This document shows positions 46,501 to 57,001 of a stretch of DNA of 64,000 nucleotides, one piece after another. How positions within the stretch are numbered: position 1 is the first letter of the stretch; each line of letters begins with the position of its first letter. A program made the translations under genes and the position numbers. Source of the stretch: Andalucia godoyi And28 (taxonomy: Eukaryota; Protista; Jakobida); NCBI GenBank assembly GCA_009859145.1, contig VRVR01000038.1, forward strand, positions 124,001-188,000. The letters are read 5' to 3'. A model generated the notes under the pieces. It ran no database searches. It saw only the letters and a list, made by a program, of their open reading frames with translations, and was not told where the DNA came from.

Positions 46501-47047
46501 TAATATTGATCTGAACATTGAGAAGGACATTGTGGGGTACTACAAATATCTCAGTGACACGCAGCAAGGCTCTTCGGGAACAGATATCTTCTCCGAGTTG
46601 CCATCGTCCCTTTTCAAGGAGATTTCCATGTTTTTGAACAAGGATGTCTTGCAAAAGGTTCCACTCTTCAAGAATTGCCCACCGTCGTTTATCGAAATGA
46701 TCTCAACCAAGTTGCAGCCAATGGTTTTCATGCCTGGCAAATTGCTGATTCGGTTTGGGGAAACTGGAAAGGAGATGTTCTTCTTGTCGAAAGGGCGAGT
46801 GGAAGTTACCAACGCTGACGGTACGATCGTCTTTGCTACCCTGCCGGAGGGTGCTTTCTTCGGCGAGATTGCCCTTCTGTCGTCTGCGAAACGAAATGCC
46901 AATATTCGTGCCGGAAAAGATTGTGTGTGCGAAGTGTATCGCCTGACCAAACAGGACTTTGACGCTGTGCTCATCGATTACCCGGAGACTCGCGAAGAGA
47001 TCCAGAAAATCGCTGCTGCTCGTGCACAAGCTTCTGCCAAGAAATAG
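43556..47047 (+). CDS. Cyclic-nucleotide-gated (CNG/HCN-like) ion channel with a long disordered N-terminus, 1163 aa
   Basis: S1 WDAL, S4 LFRVNRLLRTLR, pore TLFGYG, C-linker and CNBD FFGEIALL...RNANIRA. Confidence 0.93.
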   Translation: MRKHPHPEGPPPRENSSSTLFPSPQRSSVADSIPLLDVDEDINSYSSEGLQRRSILFGTPYDSAISPSAANQPQTAARSDEEPVAIPSVRSSADSESVESVPLMHSDVTTPGRLRGRGWDDDHSDYHSSDVPSPISRESSGNSVTESVVSVPSRSGRRVRNGGGFANLQDSVTLAHANAAMHKVSFPVDEPLKVVPLRSSSSLVFGPAHRYQNIDSPSPTVDRSIFSTIVGSRADSPVPGSNYTSDSSPESLNNSNTSRPPSSADNESRMPKLQRYSSLASMNVRPIVFEGRSHSRPNLSMIAARQVVPSRRSIDSSEDVDRDRSDSITSNVSLASALGRRVESEGLMSRESSEAFFFAPMQDTLRSHLSHRRIVGLNDSLGCEHAALLRANKIFQSPGSGNLDSLSHTSSTSRMHRSLSWDSAADAGSSSQLHLGAMIESFKYRPVHHNQKKGSTEQASAAVGPVIIHTRVPKSTGEIADILDRVQNVPPGNRSSFTPRTSQSLQGTSSTNTMRTMTSPRYVVDMDDIDRQSCQSDSSKSNSPPSPRSANKNSPPSPRSDYSSARRKSVVMMRRSSSRPLKSALLASLSKPDLNSNGVSRQNSVKNADAKAVVADSKKSETDSQDTESKNAVSKDPSKEQSQQPANSDKQASVSVPASAPAPASKPGPAPALSAASVQEESFFQWLKSGTRKMYKDWKFAQRVAEDEEKTLRIKEKWMMHPLSRRRLRWDALVFFLIMYQLFAISFRICFNVPDDYALLGIDALCDILLLADMPVQVFTVIEVGVDLIVDRKELRKRYCKSSRFLIDCVSNIPFDFLQIIYGISPLFRVNRLLRTLRYNAYFDTWAKSSSLSPSTIRIISYVVFLTLFVHYFACLWFLVVRLEGGARNVDGYSYWADILQRGMWNQYVCSMVVSINTLFGYGNIWPNTDSQLLVSLGMVLFGAVALSIVVGSATDLMRNQSSSEDELRKKLESLREFMRFRNIDLNIEKDIVGYYKYLSDTQQGSSGTDIFSELPSSLFKEISMFLNKDVLQKVPLFKNCPPSFIEMISTKLQPMVFMPGKLLIRFGETGKEMFFLSKGRVEVTNADGTIVFATLPEGAFFGEIALLSSAKRNANIRAGKDCVCEVYRLTKQDFDAVLIDYPETREEIQKIAAARAQASAKK

Positions 47048-47154
47048 CAAATTCCCAACAAATAACAGTATAAAATCAAAAAAATGGAAAAGAAGAAAAA
47101 TGGCTAAGAGGGTGAATGACGTTAACAGAACTCGAATAAAAACGAAACATTCTC

Positions 47155-48111
47155 TTATTCAGTCAGACGATGAAGATCTTCTTGTTGATGTTGTCGTTCT
47201 TCTTCTTCTTCCAGATGGAGCAGATCAGAGACGGATGAGCAGATGAAATGAGGTGCTTCAGCCGGACTGCTTGCTGCAGCATCTTCCCGTGTCGCAACCC
47301 CTGTAAGGACCATCAAAGTATGGATCCCTCCATTTCTCCCAAAAGCAATGTCCGTGTCCAAACGATCGCCGACCATCACAATCCGATCTTTGCGCACCTC
47401 CTCGACAAGACCCTTTTCCGAGGCCCACCTGCGAATTCTGTCCATTGCCGCGTTCAGCATTGCCTGATGTGGCTTCCCTAGAATCACGTCTGGTGCCTCT
47501 CTTTCCGCCGCCGCCGCAACAGCAGCCACAAGCGACCCCGCGCCAGGAAGCAGCAGCGGAACTTCCGTGCCCGTTGCACTGTCCACAGAGACGGAGGGGT
47601 ACGTAAGATCGCCGTTGCTGGCAACAAATATGGCACCCAGTCTCAATTCATGTGCAGCTTGCGCCAACTTGGCATACGAAAATGCAGCGTCGTATCCAAC
47701 CGCAACACAGTCGTACGTTCGGCGCCCATGATGTCCCGGCTGCAGAATCGTCGGTTCCGTTTCAACGGTGTATCCAGCCATCCGCAGCTCGTCCGCAATA
47801 CCACCCGCCGTAATTGCGAACACTTTTCCGTCAAAGTCCACGGATTTCAGATACCACGGCACAAGCGCCGCCGAGCAAATCACATCCTCGTCGCTCAAGA
47901 CCGGGAAACCTTGTGACCGTAGTGCAGCTGCTGTAGCCGATCGTGTACGACCGGAATTGTTCGTCACATACAAAACCAGTTTCCCAATCGACAGCAAGTG
48001 AGCCACGGTCTGCGGCGCGCCGTCAATGACGGAATGACCTCTCCAAAGCACACCGTCAAGATCGAACAGAAATACATCATGCGACAATACCAAGTCTTTC
48101 GGAATCGACAT
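47155..48111 (-). CDS. HAD-IIA phosphatase (phosphoglycolate/pyridoxal phosphatase family)
   Basis: Motifs FLFDLDGVLW, VTNNS, SNGD, GKP and MVGDRLDTDIAFG. Confidence 0.93.
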   Translation of the reverse strand: MSIPKDLVLSHDVFLFDLDGVLWRGHSVIDGAPQTVAHLLSIGKLVLYVTNNSGRTRSATAAALRSQGFPVLSDEDVICSAALVPWYLKSVDFDGKVFAITAGGIADELRMAGYTVETEPTILQPGHHGRRTYDCVAVGYDAAFSYAKLAQAAHELRLGAIFVASNGDLTYPSVSVDSATGTEVPLLLPGAGSLVAAVAAAAEREAPDVILGKPHQAMLNAAMDRIRRWASEKGLVEEVRKDRIVMVGDRLDTDIAFGRNGGIHTLMVLTGVATREDAAASSPAEAPHFICSSVSDLLHLEEEEERQHQQEDLHRLTE

Positions 48112-48417
48112 TTTTTTAATTTGAAACACACGTTTTTGTCTCTTCCTGCTCCCTTTTTTCCCTTGGACTTTGAATCTGGATTTTTTGAAGGGTTTTTTTT
48201 TTGGCTTTGCGAAATCATCGAGCTGCTGTCAGCGCTGTCAGAGAGTTTGTTTTTGTTAAATTTTTTTAAGTATTATTATTACGATGCGCAAAAGTCGTGT
48301 CCTCCGTAATCAACACACTTTTATACATATTTTTACAATATCTGTCACGACACGTACAGGTTTTATTTATTTTTGATGATATCTTCTCGAATTTCTTTCT
48401 TCTGTTCTGTTTTTCGA

Positions 48418-48458
48418 TGTGTGTGTGTGTGTGTGTGTGCGTGTGTGTGTGTGTGTGA
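48418..48458. repeat. (GT)n microsatellite just downstream of the FNTB stop codon
   Basis: Seen directly. Confidence 0.9.
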
Positions 48459-48465
48459 GTGACTA

Positions 48466-49977
48466 TTACGCGGGCGGCAACAAGAGCGGAATATCTGACA
48501 AGGAAAGCGGGGGTTGTTGGGACCAGAATGCTCGAGTTTGGTTTAGCCGGTCTGTGCGAATGTTCACAGCCGGGTCTGTCGGATACAGAGAATAAGGAGA
48601 GGAAGCAGTTTCTGAGTCTGCATGCATTTTCGCAGAATCGCTGCCAGCATACTGCAGAACAGAGATCCCAGAAAGTGCGTAGCAAGTATGATACAAATCT
48701 CTACGTTTTCCCGGCTTGTCTCGGAATCCTCCGCCACCATCCAAGTCCTTCCAGACAACTGGTTTTCCGGGAAGTGAAGGCTGGCAGGCGCCCAGCACAT
48801 ATCGAAACAGGGCAGGCCGATCAATGAGGTCGTGGGAATGTGTAAGAACCAGCGATGCGCCTATCCACCAAGCGTAACAAGCATCCACAAGCTTGTTGGT
48901 TCTTCCTGAAAACCCGCCTTCGACGGCATACTGCCGAGAGACAAGCCATCGTTTGCATCTCTCAATTCGTTCACAAGACACAACGTCTGGATTCTCCAAG
49001 ACTCCAAGGAGTGTCAAAGCTGCAAGTGCACAAAATGTGTACCCACCGTGTGCCTCGGCTCCCGGAATCGCGCCAAATCCACCTTCATACGTCTGACATG
49101 ACAGAATCCACTCTGCCGTTCCTTCAAACAGCCGTTGCGCAATGCCGCTTTCCATCGAAACCCCCAGAATTGTCGCAATTGTCACTGCACAGTACGCTGC
49201 CCGCATGTCGGATTCTCCGCCAAAATGCATACGAAACGATCCCGACGACGACGATGCTGTTGATGATGATGCAGATGATGCAGATGACGAATCGAAGCTT
49301 TCCTCCTGCTGCTTGTGACGATGATAGCAAGTCCGAGCCGCAGCAAGAAATCGAAGCAGCGGCAAGCGGATGCGTAACAGCTCATCCAAGCATTCTTTTC
49401 CAGCAGAAGCAAGCGAAAGCACCGCTGCGTACGTCGGCGCAAGATGCCCAAGCTGTGTGTTCCCACCTCCAAAACTTCCGATTGCAGCAGCCTCAGCCTC
49501 AGCCTCAGACTGGGCAGAAACGTAATCGTTGACAAGCTGTACATGCTCCCACTCCAGCCGATCCGAGCCATGTGTATCCACTTCACGGACACACCAAAAA
49601 CACCGCGACAATGTACGAATCAATCGCTTTCTAAGACTGTTCTCCGAGTCGGTAACATTCTCATCTCGACTAAACGCATCTGCCTTGAAGATGTTCAGCG
49701 CGTGCGACGACCAGTAGCACAGCCAGGGCTGCAGAGAGTCAAAGGAATCACCAGGTGGGTCGCGCTCGGACGTCCCATCTTGTTGCGCATACAGGTACGC
49801 TTCGTGTGCCGCATAGTAAAAGTGCTTTCGAACCATTTCATCAAGCGTCTCGGACACTTTATGCTTGTCCGCGTCTACAGTTTGCGGAATCCTCGACAGG
49901 AATGCAGAAATCCGAGACTCGGTCTGAAGCTGTTCGTTGGATGTTTCGGTCGGATACCCATCATCCGACCTCGACAT
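48466..49977 (-). CDS. FNTB: Protein farnesyltransferase beta subunit, 503 aa
   Basis: Motifs QPWLCYW, HLAPTYAAV, ESDMRAAYCA, CQTYEGG, EAHGGYTFC, RTNKLVDACYAWW, DKPGK.RDLYHTCY.LSG. Confidence 0.96.
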   Translation of the reverse strand: MSRSDDGYPTETSNEQLQTESRISAFLSRIPQTVDADKHKVSETLDEMVRKHFYYAAHEAYLYAQQDGTSERDPPGDSFDSLQPWLCYWSSHALNIFKADAFSRDENVTDSENSLRKRLIRTLSRCFWCVREVDTHGSDRLEWEHVQLVNDYVSAQSEAEAEAAAIGSFGGGNTQLGHLAPTYAAVLSLASAGKECLDELLRIRLPLLRFLAAARTCYHRHKQQEESFDSSSASSASSSTASSSSGSFRMHFGGESDMRAAYCAVTIATILGVSMESGIAQRLFEGTAEWILSCQTYEGGFGAIPGAEAHGGYTFCALAALTLLGVLENPDVVSCERIERCKRWLVSRQYAVEGGFSGRTNKLVDACYAWWIGASLVLTHSHDLIDRPALFRYVLGACQPSLPGKPVVWKDLDGGGGFRDKPGKRRDLYHTCYALSGISVLQYAGSDSAKMHADSETASSPYSLYPTDPAVNIRTDRLNQTRAFWSQQPPLSLSDIPLLLPPA

Positions 49978-50224
49978 TCTCCTTCTTTATTCCCTCCCTT
50001 CCTTTTTTTAAATTCTTTTTTCTTCTATCATCAAGAAGCGAGGTAGATGTTGCAGGCGCATGCTAAGCTCAGTTCTCATTCCAATACTAATTTATATATT
50101 TTTCTTTTCTTTTCCTTGCATCTTTTTTGTTTGAAGCAAATACGACTGCAAGTTGCATCCAAGATTGCGATTGCATCACTTGAGGACAGGGAAAAAACAA
50201 AAAAAACAAAAACAAAACGACGAT

Positions 50225-50582
50225 TTTCCTGACCGTAGTCAAAATCCAGAATTTCTCTCACTCACTATTTTTCTTTCTTTCCACCATTTTTCTATTTGTT
50301 TCTTATATTTATAATCGAACCCTCAAGCAGCACCTTTCATCAGAGACAATGACAAAACACATCGCATGCGCGGCGGCGTTCGCCGACTACATTCTGTTTC
50401 CTCCAACGTTTATTTTATGAATGTTGAATCGATTGGGGAATAGGTTTGGTTGCGATGATCCTTTGACTGCATGGAAGAGGTGGTGCTCGTCTTTAATTAA
50501 AAAAAATTAATATAACATGTGGCTTGGATGTGACAGCTCAGCCGATGACCGACTATAATTTTTTCAATGTTTTGGCGAGCGG
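50225..50582 (+). mobile_element. Family 2 repeat, copy C (5'-truncated, ~200-bp internal deletion, diverged 3' end)
   Basis: Matches copy A ~1720-1865, then ~2066-2187, then a diverged block ending ATGTTTTGGCGAGCGG like copy B. Confidence 0.8.
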
Positions 50583-50892
50583 CCTCTCATACTCTTACAC
50601 ATACTGACATTTTTCTGAACACTGACACTGACATATCAACACCGCCCCCAACCCCGCACTTTGCCCTCGTGTACTGATTCAAAAGCCAACCAGCTAATCC
50701 TTTCAGTCCTTTTATTTCTTACCTTTTAAATTTTTTTAAAATATCATTTAAATTAAGCATTTAAACGTTGTTTTGTTTTGAGTATTTTTTCTTTCTCTCT
50801 ATCTCTCCCTCTCTTTCTTTCTTTTTCTTTTCTTTTTTCTCCTCAAAAACGCTCGACGACTGCGGCTTCGTGCATTGTGTAAACCTCCAAGA

Positions 50893-52104
50893 ATGCGCAT
50901 TACGAATTTTATCCGCCGGCTGTCGCTTCATGAGTACCAGGCGCAGAACTTGATGCGCGCAGCTGGGATTTCCGTTCCGTCTGGGGCGGTGGCGTCGAGT
51001 GCGTCGGAAGCGGAGTCGGTTGCGAAAACGCTTCCTTCGCCGCGGTCTGTGGTGAAGGCACAGATTCTTGCTGGTGGCCGCGGGCTTGGGACGTTCAAGT
51101 CTGGATTCAAGGGCGGAGTCCACATTGCATCGAGTCCTGCGTCTGCAGCCCAGTTTGCGGGCTCGATGCTTGGGCAGACACTTGTGACGAAGCAGACGGG
51201 AGCAGCTGGTCAACCGGTGTCGAAAGTATATATTGTTGAGGAAATTCCAGATATCAAGCGCGAAGTGTATTTTGCGATCATGAATGACAGAGCGTCGGGT
51301 GGGCCGGTGGCAATTGCATCTGCGGAGGGCGGTACTTCTATCGAGGAGATTGCCGCGGAGAGACCAGAGGCAATCGTGCGATCGGTGGGACACATGGATT
51401 TGGAAGCCGCGCGTGCAATGGCGTCCAAGCTCGGATTCTCATCACCAAAGATTGTTGATCAGGCTGCACGAGAGTTTTTGAGATTGTTTACGCTGTTTTT
51501 GGACTCAGATGCAACGCTCGTGGAGATTAATCCTTTTGTCGAGACCAAGTCGGGAAGAGTTCTTTGCGCAGATGCAAAAATCACAATCGATGACAACGCA
51601 TCATTCCGCCAAAAGGACATCTTCGCTGCAAGAGACTTCTCGCAGGAAAATCCGCTGGAGGTTCGTGCAGCCAAACACGATCTGAACTTTGTGGCGTTGG
51701 ACGGAAACATCGGGTGCATGGTTAACGGAGCCGGACTTGCCATGGCAACCATGGACATCATCAAACTGTTTGGTGGTGCGCCGGCCAACTTTTTGGATGT
51801 CGGTGGGGGAGCTTCAAAGGAGCAAGTCAAGGCTGCTCTCGAGCTTATCACGGCCGATCCAAAAGTGTCAGCAATTCTCATTAACATTTTCGGAGGAATC
51901 ATGAGATGCGATACAATTGCACACGGGATTGTCGACGCTGCCAAGGAGGTTGATCTTTCGAGAGTACCTCTCGTTGTGAGACTCATGGGAACAAATGTCG
52001 AAGCTGGAAAGAAGATTTTGAAGGATTCTGGGCTCAAGCTTGTTGCTTGCGATGATTTGGAAGATGCGGCAAAGGCAGTGGTGGACCTCTCGAGAAAAAA
52101 CTGA
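50893..52104 (+). CDS. sucC: Succinyl-CoA ligase beta subunit, mitochondrial
   Basis: Motifs [47 protein letters not shown] and [10 protein letters not shown]. Confidence 0.97.
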   Translation: MRITNFIRRLSLHEYQAQNLMRAAGISVPSGAVASSASEAESVAKTLPSPRSVVKAQILAGGRGLGTFKSGFKGGVHIASSPASAAQFAGSMLGQTLVTKQTGAAGQPVSKVYIVEEIPDIKREVYFAIMNDRASGGPVAIASAEGGTSIEEIAAERPEAIVRSVGHMDLEAARAMASKLGFSSPKIVDQAAREFLRLFTLFLDSDATLVEINPFVETKSGRVLCADAKITIDDNASFRQKDIFAARDFSQENPLEVRAAKHDLNFVALDGNIGCMVNGAGLAMATMDIIKLFGGAPANFLDVGGGASKEQVKAALELITADPKVSAILINIFGGIMRCDTIAHGIVDAAKEVDLSRVPLVVRLMGTNVEAGKKILKDSGLKLVACDDLEDAAKAVVDLSRKN

Positions 52105-52542
52105 AGAGACTTTCTTAACTTTGCCTTTTCCCCGCTATTCTTTTTTCTTTCTCCGTTTTCTTCTTCTTCCTTTTTTGTTCGTGCTTCATCCAGGTTACTT
52201 TTGAGAATCACTCAAGAAGAAGGAGAAGTACAACAAGAAGAAGAGTTGAATGAAACTATGAAAAGGAAGACGGAAAAAGAGGGGGCTGTGTTGATTTAGA
52301 AGACGACGGCGACGACGAAGACGAAAATAATGATGATGATGATGGTGATGATGATGAAGAATGGCTGTTGTCTTTTTGCATGTTGCTTGTTGCGTGTTGT
52401 TCATGATTTAAGCATAAACATTGAACTGAATTATTTCATTTCCTTCATCATCCGGACCCCGCATGTTCTTCTGTTCAATTGCTTTACAGCAAAATCATCA
52501 ATCAACCCATGCATGAAACTGCTTTATCATCATCCTGCTGTT

Positions 52543-55239
52543 TCAGGATGGTGGATGAGAAATGGATGACCCAAACAATGGGCCATGAACGATGCGTCGT
52601 ATTACAACCAAAGAATCACAAATTGTACGTCGTCCGAAATCTCCATCCGAGTCCAGCGCCAGTAACAAGTCATCTGTACAACGAAGCAAGGACATCGCTT
52701 CGGAATGCTGGCGAATCACAGACGCACAGCGTACCGCTGTTTGCCCCGTCTCATTCGCGTCAATGCCTGCACGAGATGCAGACACCTCGAAAATGCGTTC
52801 CCACGTGACAAATGTTTCTGCGTCGAACTCGAAATGATCCGGAGTGTGTCGAATTCGAAGACCTTGCGATAGGCTGTCTGCGGAATACAACTTGCGAATC
52901 GACAGGATATCCTCGCGCGGAAGGGAGCGTTGTTCTTGCGGTGCGTAATCCTGTCGGAAAAGCACGCTGGCAAATCCAGCGCGTTCGAATTCATTTCTGA
53001 GATAGTCTGCAACACCCTTGGCAATAAACGGCAACCGTCTCTTTGCCTCTGAGAAGGCCCATGCAACATGATCTAGATCAGCGCTCTGCGATGCGCGCTC
53101 AGCAACGATCGACACTGTCATCGCATCCGACTTTCTCGCGAGACTGGATTCGAACCGCTGTCGCGCAAGTCGAATGGAATCTGAAATCTCAGCAACGGCG
53201 AACAAAATGTCAAAATGGTTCTTTTCAATAAGCTCCGAGAAGAGGGAGCGAGCATGCTCATCCGACAGTCTCAGCCGTCGAAACGATGTCTCCGACGGAT
53301 CGGCCCTAAATTCTGACAGCAGAACCGCCTGATACATCTCGGACAGAATGCGAAACTCTCTGGAATCGAATTCCACGGGAACCAAGCTGGGTTTCAGCGA
53401 GGATGACGGAGTAGAAGCTGAAGCAAAGCCTGGTATTGGTGTTGCAGGCGTCATCGGTGTGCATGCGTCCTGAAGTGGCAGCGGGGTGTACCCTTCCGAC
53501 TGATTGGGGCTCGGCGCACCAGACAGTGATGAAGACGACGAAAAGCTAGTAATCGCTATCGGATGAGGACGCCCCAATTCTACCAACTTCTTCGAATCAT
53601 CGGCAATCGTCGCACTCGCATTTGCCTCTGCGAAACTATCCCGTTCTTCTTTAACTTGGGGGATGTCGGCTGGTTCAAGATCCATGGCAGTTGCGCCCGT
53701 CACCACCTCTACTGACTGCTTCAGATCATCTGTTTTGCTTTCAGACGGCTCTTCATTCGCAACGAGCGAAGTTGCAGCATCATTTTCGATGCTACTCTCC
53801 TTCTGTTGATGCAAAAGCTCCTGCTGCTGTTGTTGATGCTGCTGGCGTATTTTTTGCAACTGCAGTTCTTGGAGTTGCTCTATCCTTTGCGCCTCCTGGT
53901 CTTGGTCGGTGAATCTCTCCACTTTCTGGTGTACGTGCGGTACATTGGTCGTTGTCTGGACTGGAGTGGAAAACTGCAAAGACGAAGCGCGCATGTTCGA
54001 CACGAATGGAGAGTCCGGAACCGTGTTGCTTGGAGTAGCAGCCGCGGGAGTCGGAGGAACCGACGACGAAACGATCTGCGGAGTGCTGGGTTGTTGGAAT
54101 AGGGGAGTTGTTGGAGCGGACGAAGGCGGGGCAGGAGCCGCCGATGATGATGAAGAAGAAGAAGACCCTTGCGGTTGTCTCGAAGTTCCAAGAATTTGCT
54201 GCTTTGGAGAAGCAAACATGACTCCATGAACATCGTAATTTGCAATCTGGTGCATCATTTCGTTCAAAAAACCCTCTGGCACGCTCTTTTCCTTAAGCGC
54301 GCTTATGAGAATCCTTCTCCACACGACCAAGATAGGCGCATCCAATGAATTTCGGACAGTTACTCGATCCCCGTCTGCAGTGACAAAGTCAAACGGCGCA
54401 CCAGTCGGATGTTTCCGCACGAATTCGTCAATCGAGGGCCGAGTCTGAATTGCTCGCAACGCAGTCACAGCCTCGGACGCGATCGACAGCACTTGGTGGC
54501 ATCTGAGCACCGAGAGTCCGTGAAAAGCAGAATGTTTTGCAGACGACATGCCACACACCAAATGATAACCAGCCCCTATTCTCGGATGCAAAGTGTTCAT
54601 CAAAAACTCGAGCATAGTTTGCAGCACCGGCTGTGAACCAGGCTTCTTCTGAATGAGCGCAAACAATTCCTCGAGGCCCTTGTTAATGTCTCTTTGAAAC
54701 TCTACGGGATTAGTCAGCGCCACATCGTCCGCTTCTGACGAGATTCCAGAAGCAGGTCCGCTGCCCATTACATTGCTCGTACCCGAAAATGCAGCAATAA
54801 TGCCCTCCACAGACTCCTTCTTCTTCTTCTCTGCGCTTGCTCTGGACCTTCTATTCGCAAACCACGTCAGCACTCGCTGTGCACTATCAATCAACAGCGA
54901 CTGCGCAATCTCCTCGGACCGCTGCCTCGAAGGATACGTCTCTCCAGCAAAAAACAACTTTTCCAATTCTTCGCTGATCTTTGCAGTGATTCGAGGAACC
55001 TTCTTCTTCCGGTCGTCAGCACTCCCCGCGCTGTTCGATGTCGGCGTGGCAAACCCAGAGGACGTCGGCCCAATGTCATTCGATGCACTCCCAGACTCAT
55101 TCGCAAGATCAAATGCAACAGACTTGCGCTTCCGAGTCGAAGACGGAGTCTCTGATAAATTCGCCATCGTCATCGACACATCGTCCACAGAAGCCGTCCT
55201 GGATATCGCGTCTGCACATTGAGGATTTGTCCCAGACAT
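52543..55239 (-). CDS. Homeodomain-containing protein, 898 aa
   Basis: KKKVPRITAKISEELEKLF..ETYPS...EEIAQSL...QRVLTWFANRRSR near the N-terminus. Confidence 0.82.
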   Translation of the reverse strand: MSGTNPQCADAISRTASVDDVSMTMANLSETPSSTRKRKSVAFDLANESGSASNDIGPTSSGFATPTSNSAGSADDRKKKVPRITAKISEELEKLFFAGETYPSRQRSEEIAQSLLIDSAQRVLTWFANRRSRASAEKKKKESVEGIIAAFSGTSNVMGSGPASGISSEADDVALTNPVEFQRDINKGLEELFALIQKKPGSQPVLQTMLEFLMNTLHPRIGAGYHLVCGMSSAKHSAFHGLSVLRCHQVLSIASEAVTALRAIQTRPSIDEFVRKHPTGAPFDFVTADGDRVTVRNSLDAPILVVWRRILISALKEKSVPEGFLNEMMHQIANYDVHGVMFASPKQQILGTSRQPQGSSSSSSSSAAPAPPSSAPTTPLFQQPSTPQIVSSSVPPTPAAATPSNTVPDSPFVSNMRASSLQFSTPVQTTTNVPHVHQKVERFTDQDQEAQRIEQLQELQLQKIRQQHQQQQQELLHQQKESSIENDAATSLVANEEPSESKTDDLKQSVEVVTGATAMDLEPADIPQVKEERDSFAEANASATIADDSKKLVELGRPHPIAITSFSSSSSLSGAPSPNQSEGYTPLPLQDACTPMTPATPIPGFASASTPSSSLKPSLVPVEFDSREFRILSEMYQAVLLSEFRADPSETSFRRLRLSDEHARSLFSELIEKNHFDILFAVAEISDSIRLARQRFESSLARKSDAMTVSIVAERASQSADLDHVAWAFSEAKRRLPFIAKGVADYLRNEFERAGFASVLFRQDYAPQEQRSLPREDILSIRKLYSADSLSQGLRIRHTPDHFEFDAETFVTWERIFEVSASRAGIDANETGQTAVRCASVIRQHSEAMSLLRCTDDLLLALDSDGDFGRRTICDSLVVIRRIVHGPLFGSSISHPPS

Positions 55240-55586
55240 GACTGCTTGCCTGTCTGCCTAGATTATATATAACTCTGAATGCACAAATAAACAAAACTCA
55301 CTGTAAAAAAATGATTAATTAAAAAAGAAATACTAAAAAAGATATGAAAATGTTATTGTTTTATTCATTTCATAAGAGAAAAACGAAGAGGCCCCAATAA
55401 GGCCAATATGAAATGACAGGTCTTTTTTTCGCCTTCTCTTTCCCCCTTCCCTGTGCTTCGTGTTACTTTTTGTCACTACAGCAGGCAGTTTTTTCAACAG
55501 TGATTTCCCTATCTACGACGGGTTTTTTTAAAACTTGGTGCACTGCTGGCACTTCTTTACCGGTTCAGCATTTCCATCTAAACGTA

Positions 55587-56462
55587 CTAATTTTGGAGAA
55601 GACGCATGACAATGTGATAGAACCCAAGCTCGTGGTTGGTGCGGATGCAGTTCACGCGGTACAAGTGATGGGTTCCATGAACCAGATCGTGTGTTCGAAG
55701 CTTGATCTTGAGTGCATAGTCGCGAACCGGCCCGGGCATTCCCTTGTTCGCAGACACTAAGTCATGAAATCCAAGATAGTATATGATACTTTGCACCACA
55801 GGCCCTTTGATCACTACGCGCTTCGTGATTCCCAGCGGAGTCGTAAAGATGACCGACACAGCCCGCGCCGAGTGCTGGTCCCAGTGGACATCCTGGGCAT
55901 TTCGAGCTTCTGCAGCAAGCAGCACGGTCCGTATGATTCCGAATGCTTTAGGGGTCTTTGGGTCGTCTACGCTCACATCGAGATGGACTGGCTGCTGGGC
56001 TCGAGAAGTCGAAACATCGTACAAGATACTCACTCGCTTTCTGCGCCGTTCGCGATTCTCAAGACCAGACTTTGCACTTTCTTCCACAAATGTCGGGACT
56101 ACGAGATACGGGGTGAACATCATCGACAGCCTTGACTGCATCTCACGCATCATCGTTGCCGATTCTCCTCCGTCCACATCAAACGAGTCGTCCGATACCG
56201 GGACGGAAACATTCGAACGCTGCGTCTCCTTCAATCGACGGATTTCCTCAGCGCGCCGAATCAATTCATCCAACTCATCAATCGGATCCACGCCCGACTC
56301 TGCATTCTCCGACGGTGGCTCCCCCGATCGCAAACCATGCTCCGAATCAAGGTCTTTGTGATCGACCGACGGATTCACACGAGAGCTCGAATCCGACGCT
56401 ATTGACGGCTCTCGGAGATGCGAAAAAAGAGCCGAAAGCCTCGTCAACGATTTAAATTCCAT
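55587..56462 (-). CDS. Stand-alone GspE/PilB N2-domain protein with a presequence-like N-terminus (candidate mitochondrial GspEN2), 291 aa
   Basis: C-terminal IIRTVLLAAEARNAQDVHW...YRVNCIRTNHELGFYHIVMRLL resembles the secretion-ATPase N2 pattern (IL..A...ASDIH...LRVST.PT..GE.VVMRLL). The ORF ends where the ATPase domain would begin. Confidence 0.7.
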   Translation of the reverse strand: MEFKSLTRLSALFSHLREPSIASDSSSRVNPSVDHKDLDSEHGLRSGEPPSENAESGVDPIDELDELIRRAEEIRRLKETQRSNVSVPVSDDSFDVDGGESATMMREMQSRLSMMFTPYLVVPTFVEESAKSGLENRERRRKRVSILYDVSTSRAQQPVHLDVSVDDPKTPKAFGIIRTVLLAAEARNAQDVHWDQHSARAVSVIFTTPLGITKRVVIKGPVVQSIIYYLGFHDLVSANKGMPGPVRDYALKIKLRTHDLVHGTHHLYRVNCIRTNHELGFYHIVMRLLQN

Positions 56463-57001
56463 CCATGAGGCCTACAAGCTCCTCACGATATTACAACTAC
56501 TAAATACAATATATTCAAAAACTGAAAAAAAAAAGAATTTAAAAAAGCGTCAGCAAATAATAATAAATAATAATAATAACAGCCATTGAAAACATGAAGT
56601 GGAAAAACAAAATGACGGAACAATGGGAGGGAAGCTATTGTATTGTGGCCAGGGTTTTCATTACCCTTCTTTTTTTCGGGTGGCTCGATCAGACCGTTAC
56701 GCGCTGCATTGATGCCAATTTCAGGCGAAACACTCAAGCTGCACATACCGGGGAAGCTTTGGAGACCACTTTTCCAAGAGATTCATAAGCAAAAGCTTCT
56801 TCATTAAGCTCCATTCCGTCGTTTATTAGCTTAGTCTTTTTATATTTTTATTAAATATTATTTTTTGAAGTTCTCGATTCCTCACTAACCCAACCTTGTC
56901 TTCTCGCTGTCTTTTGTTTTTTGCGATTATTTAAAAACAAAAAAAACAAAAACAAGACACACATTCAGATCAAAAAAGAAAAAAAGAGAGAGAAAAGGAA
57001 A

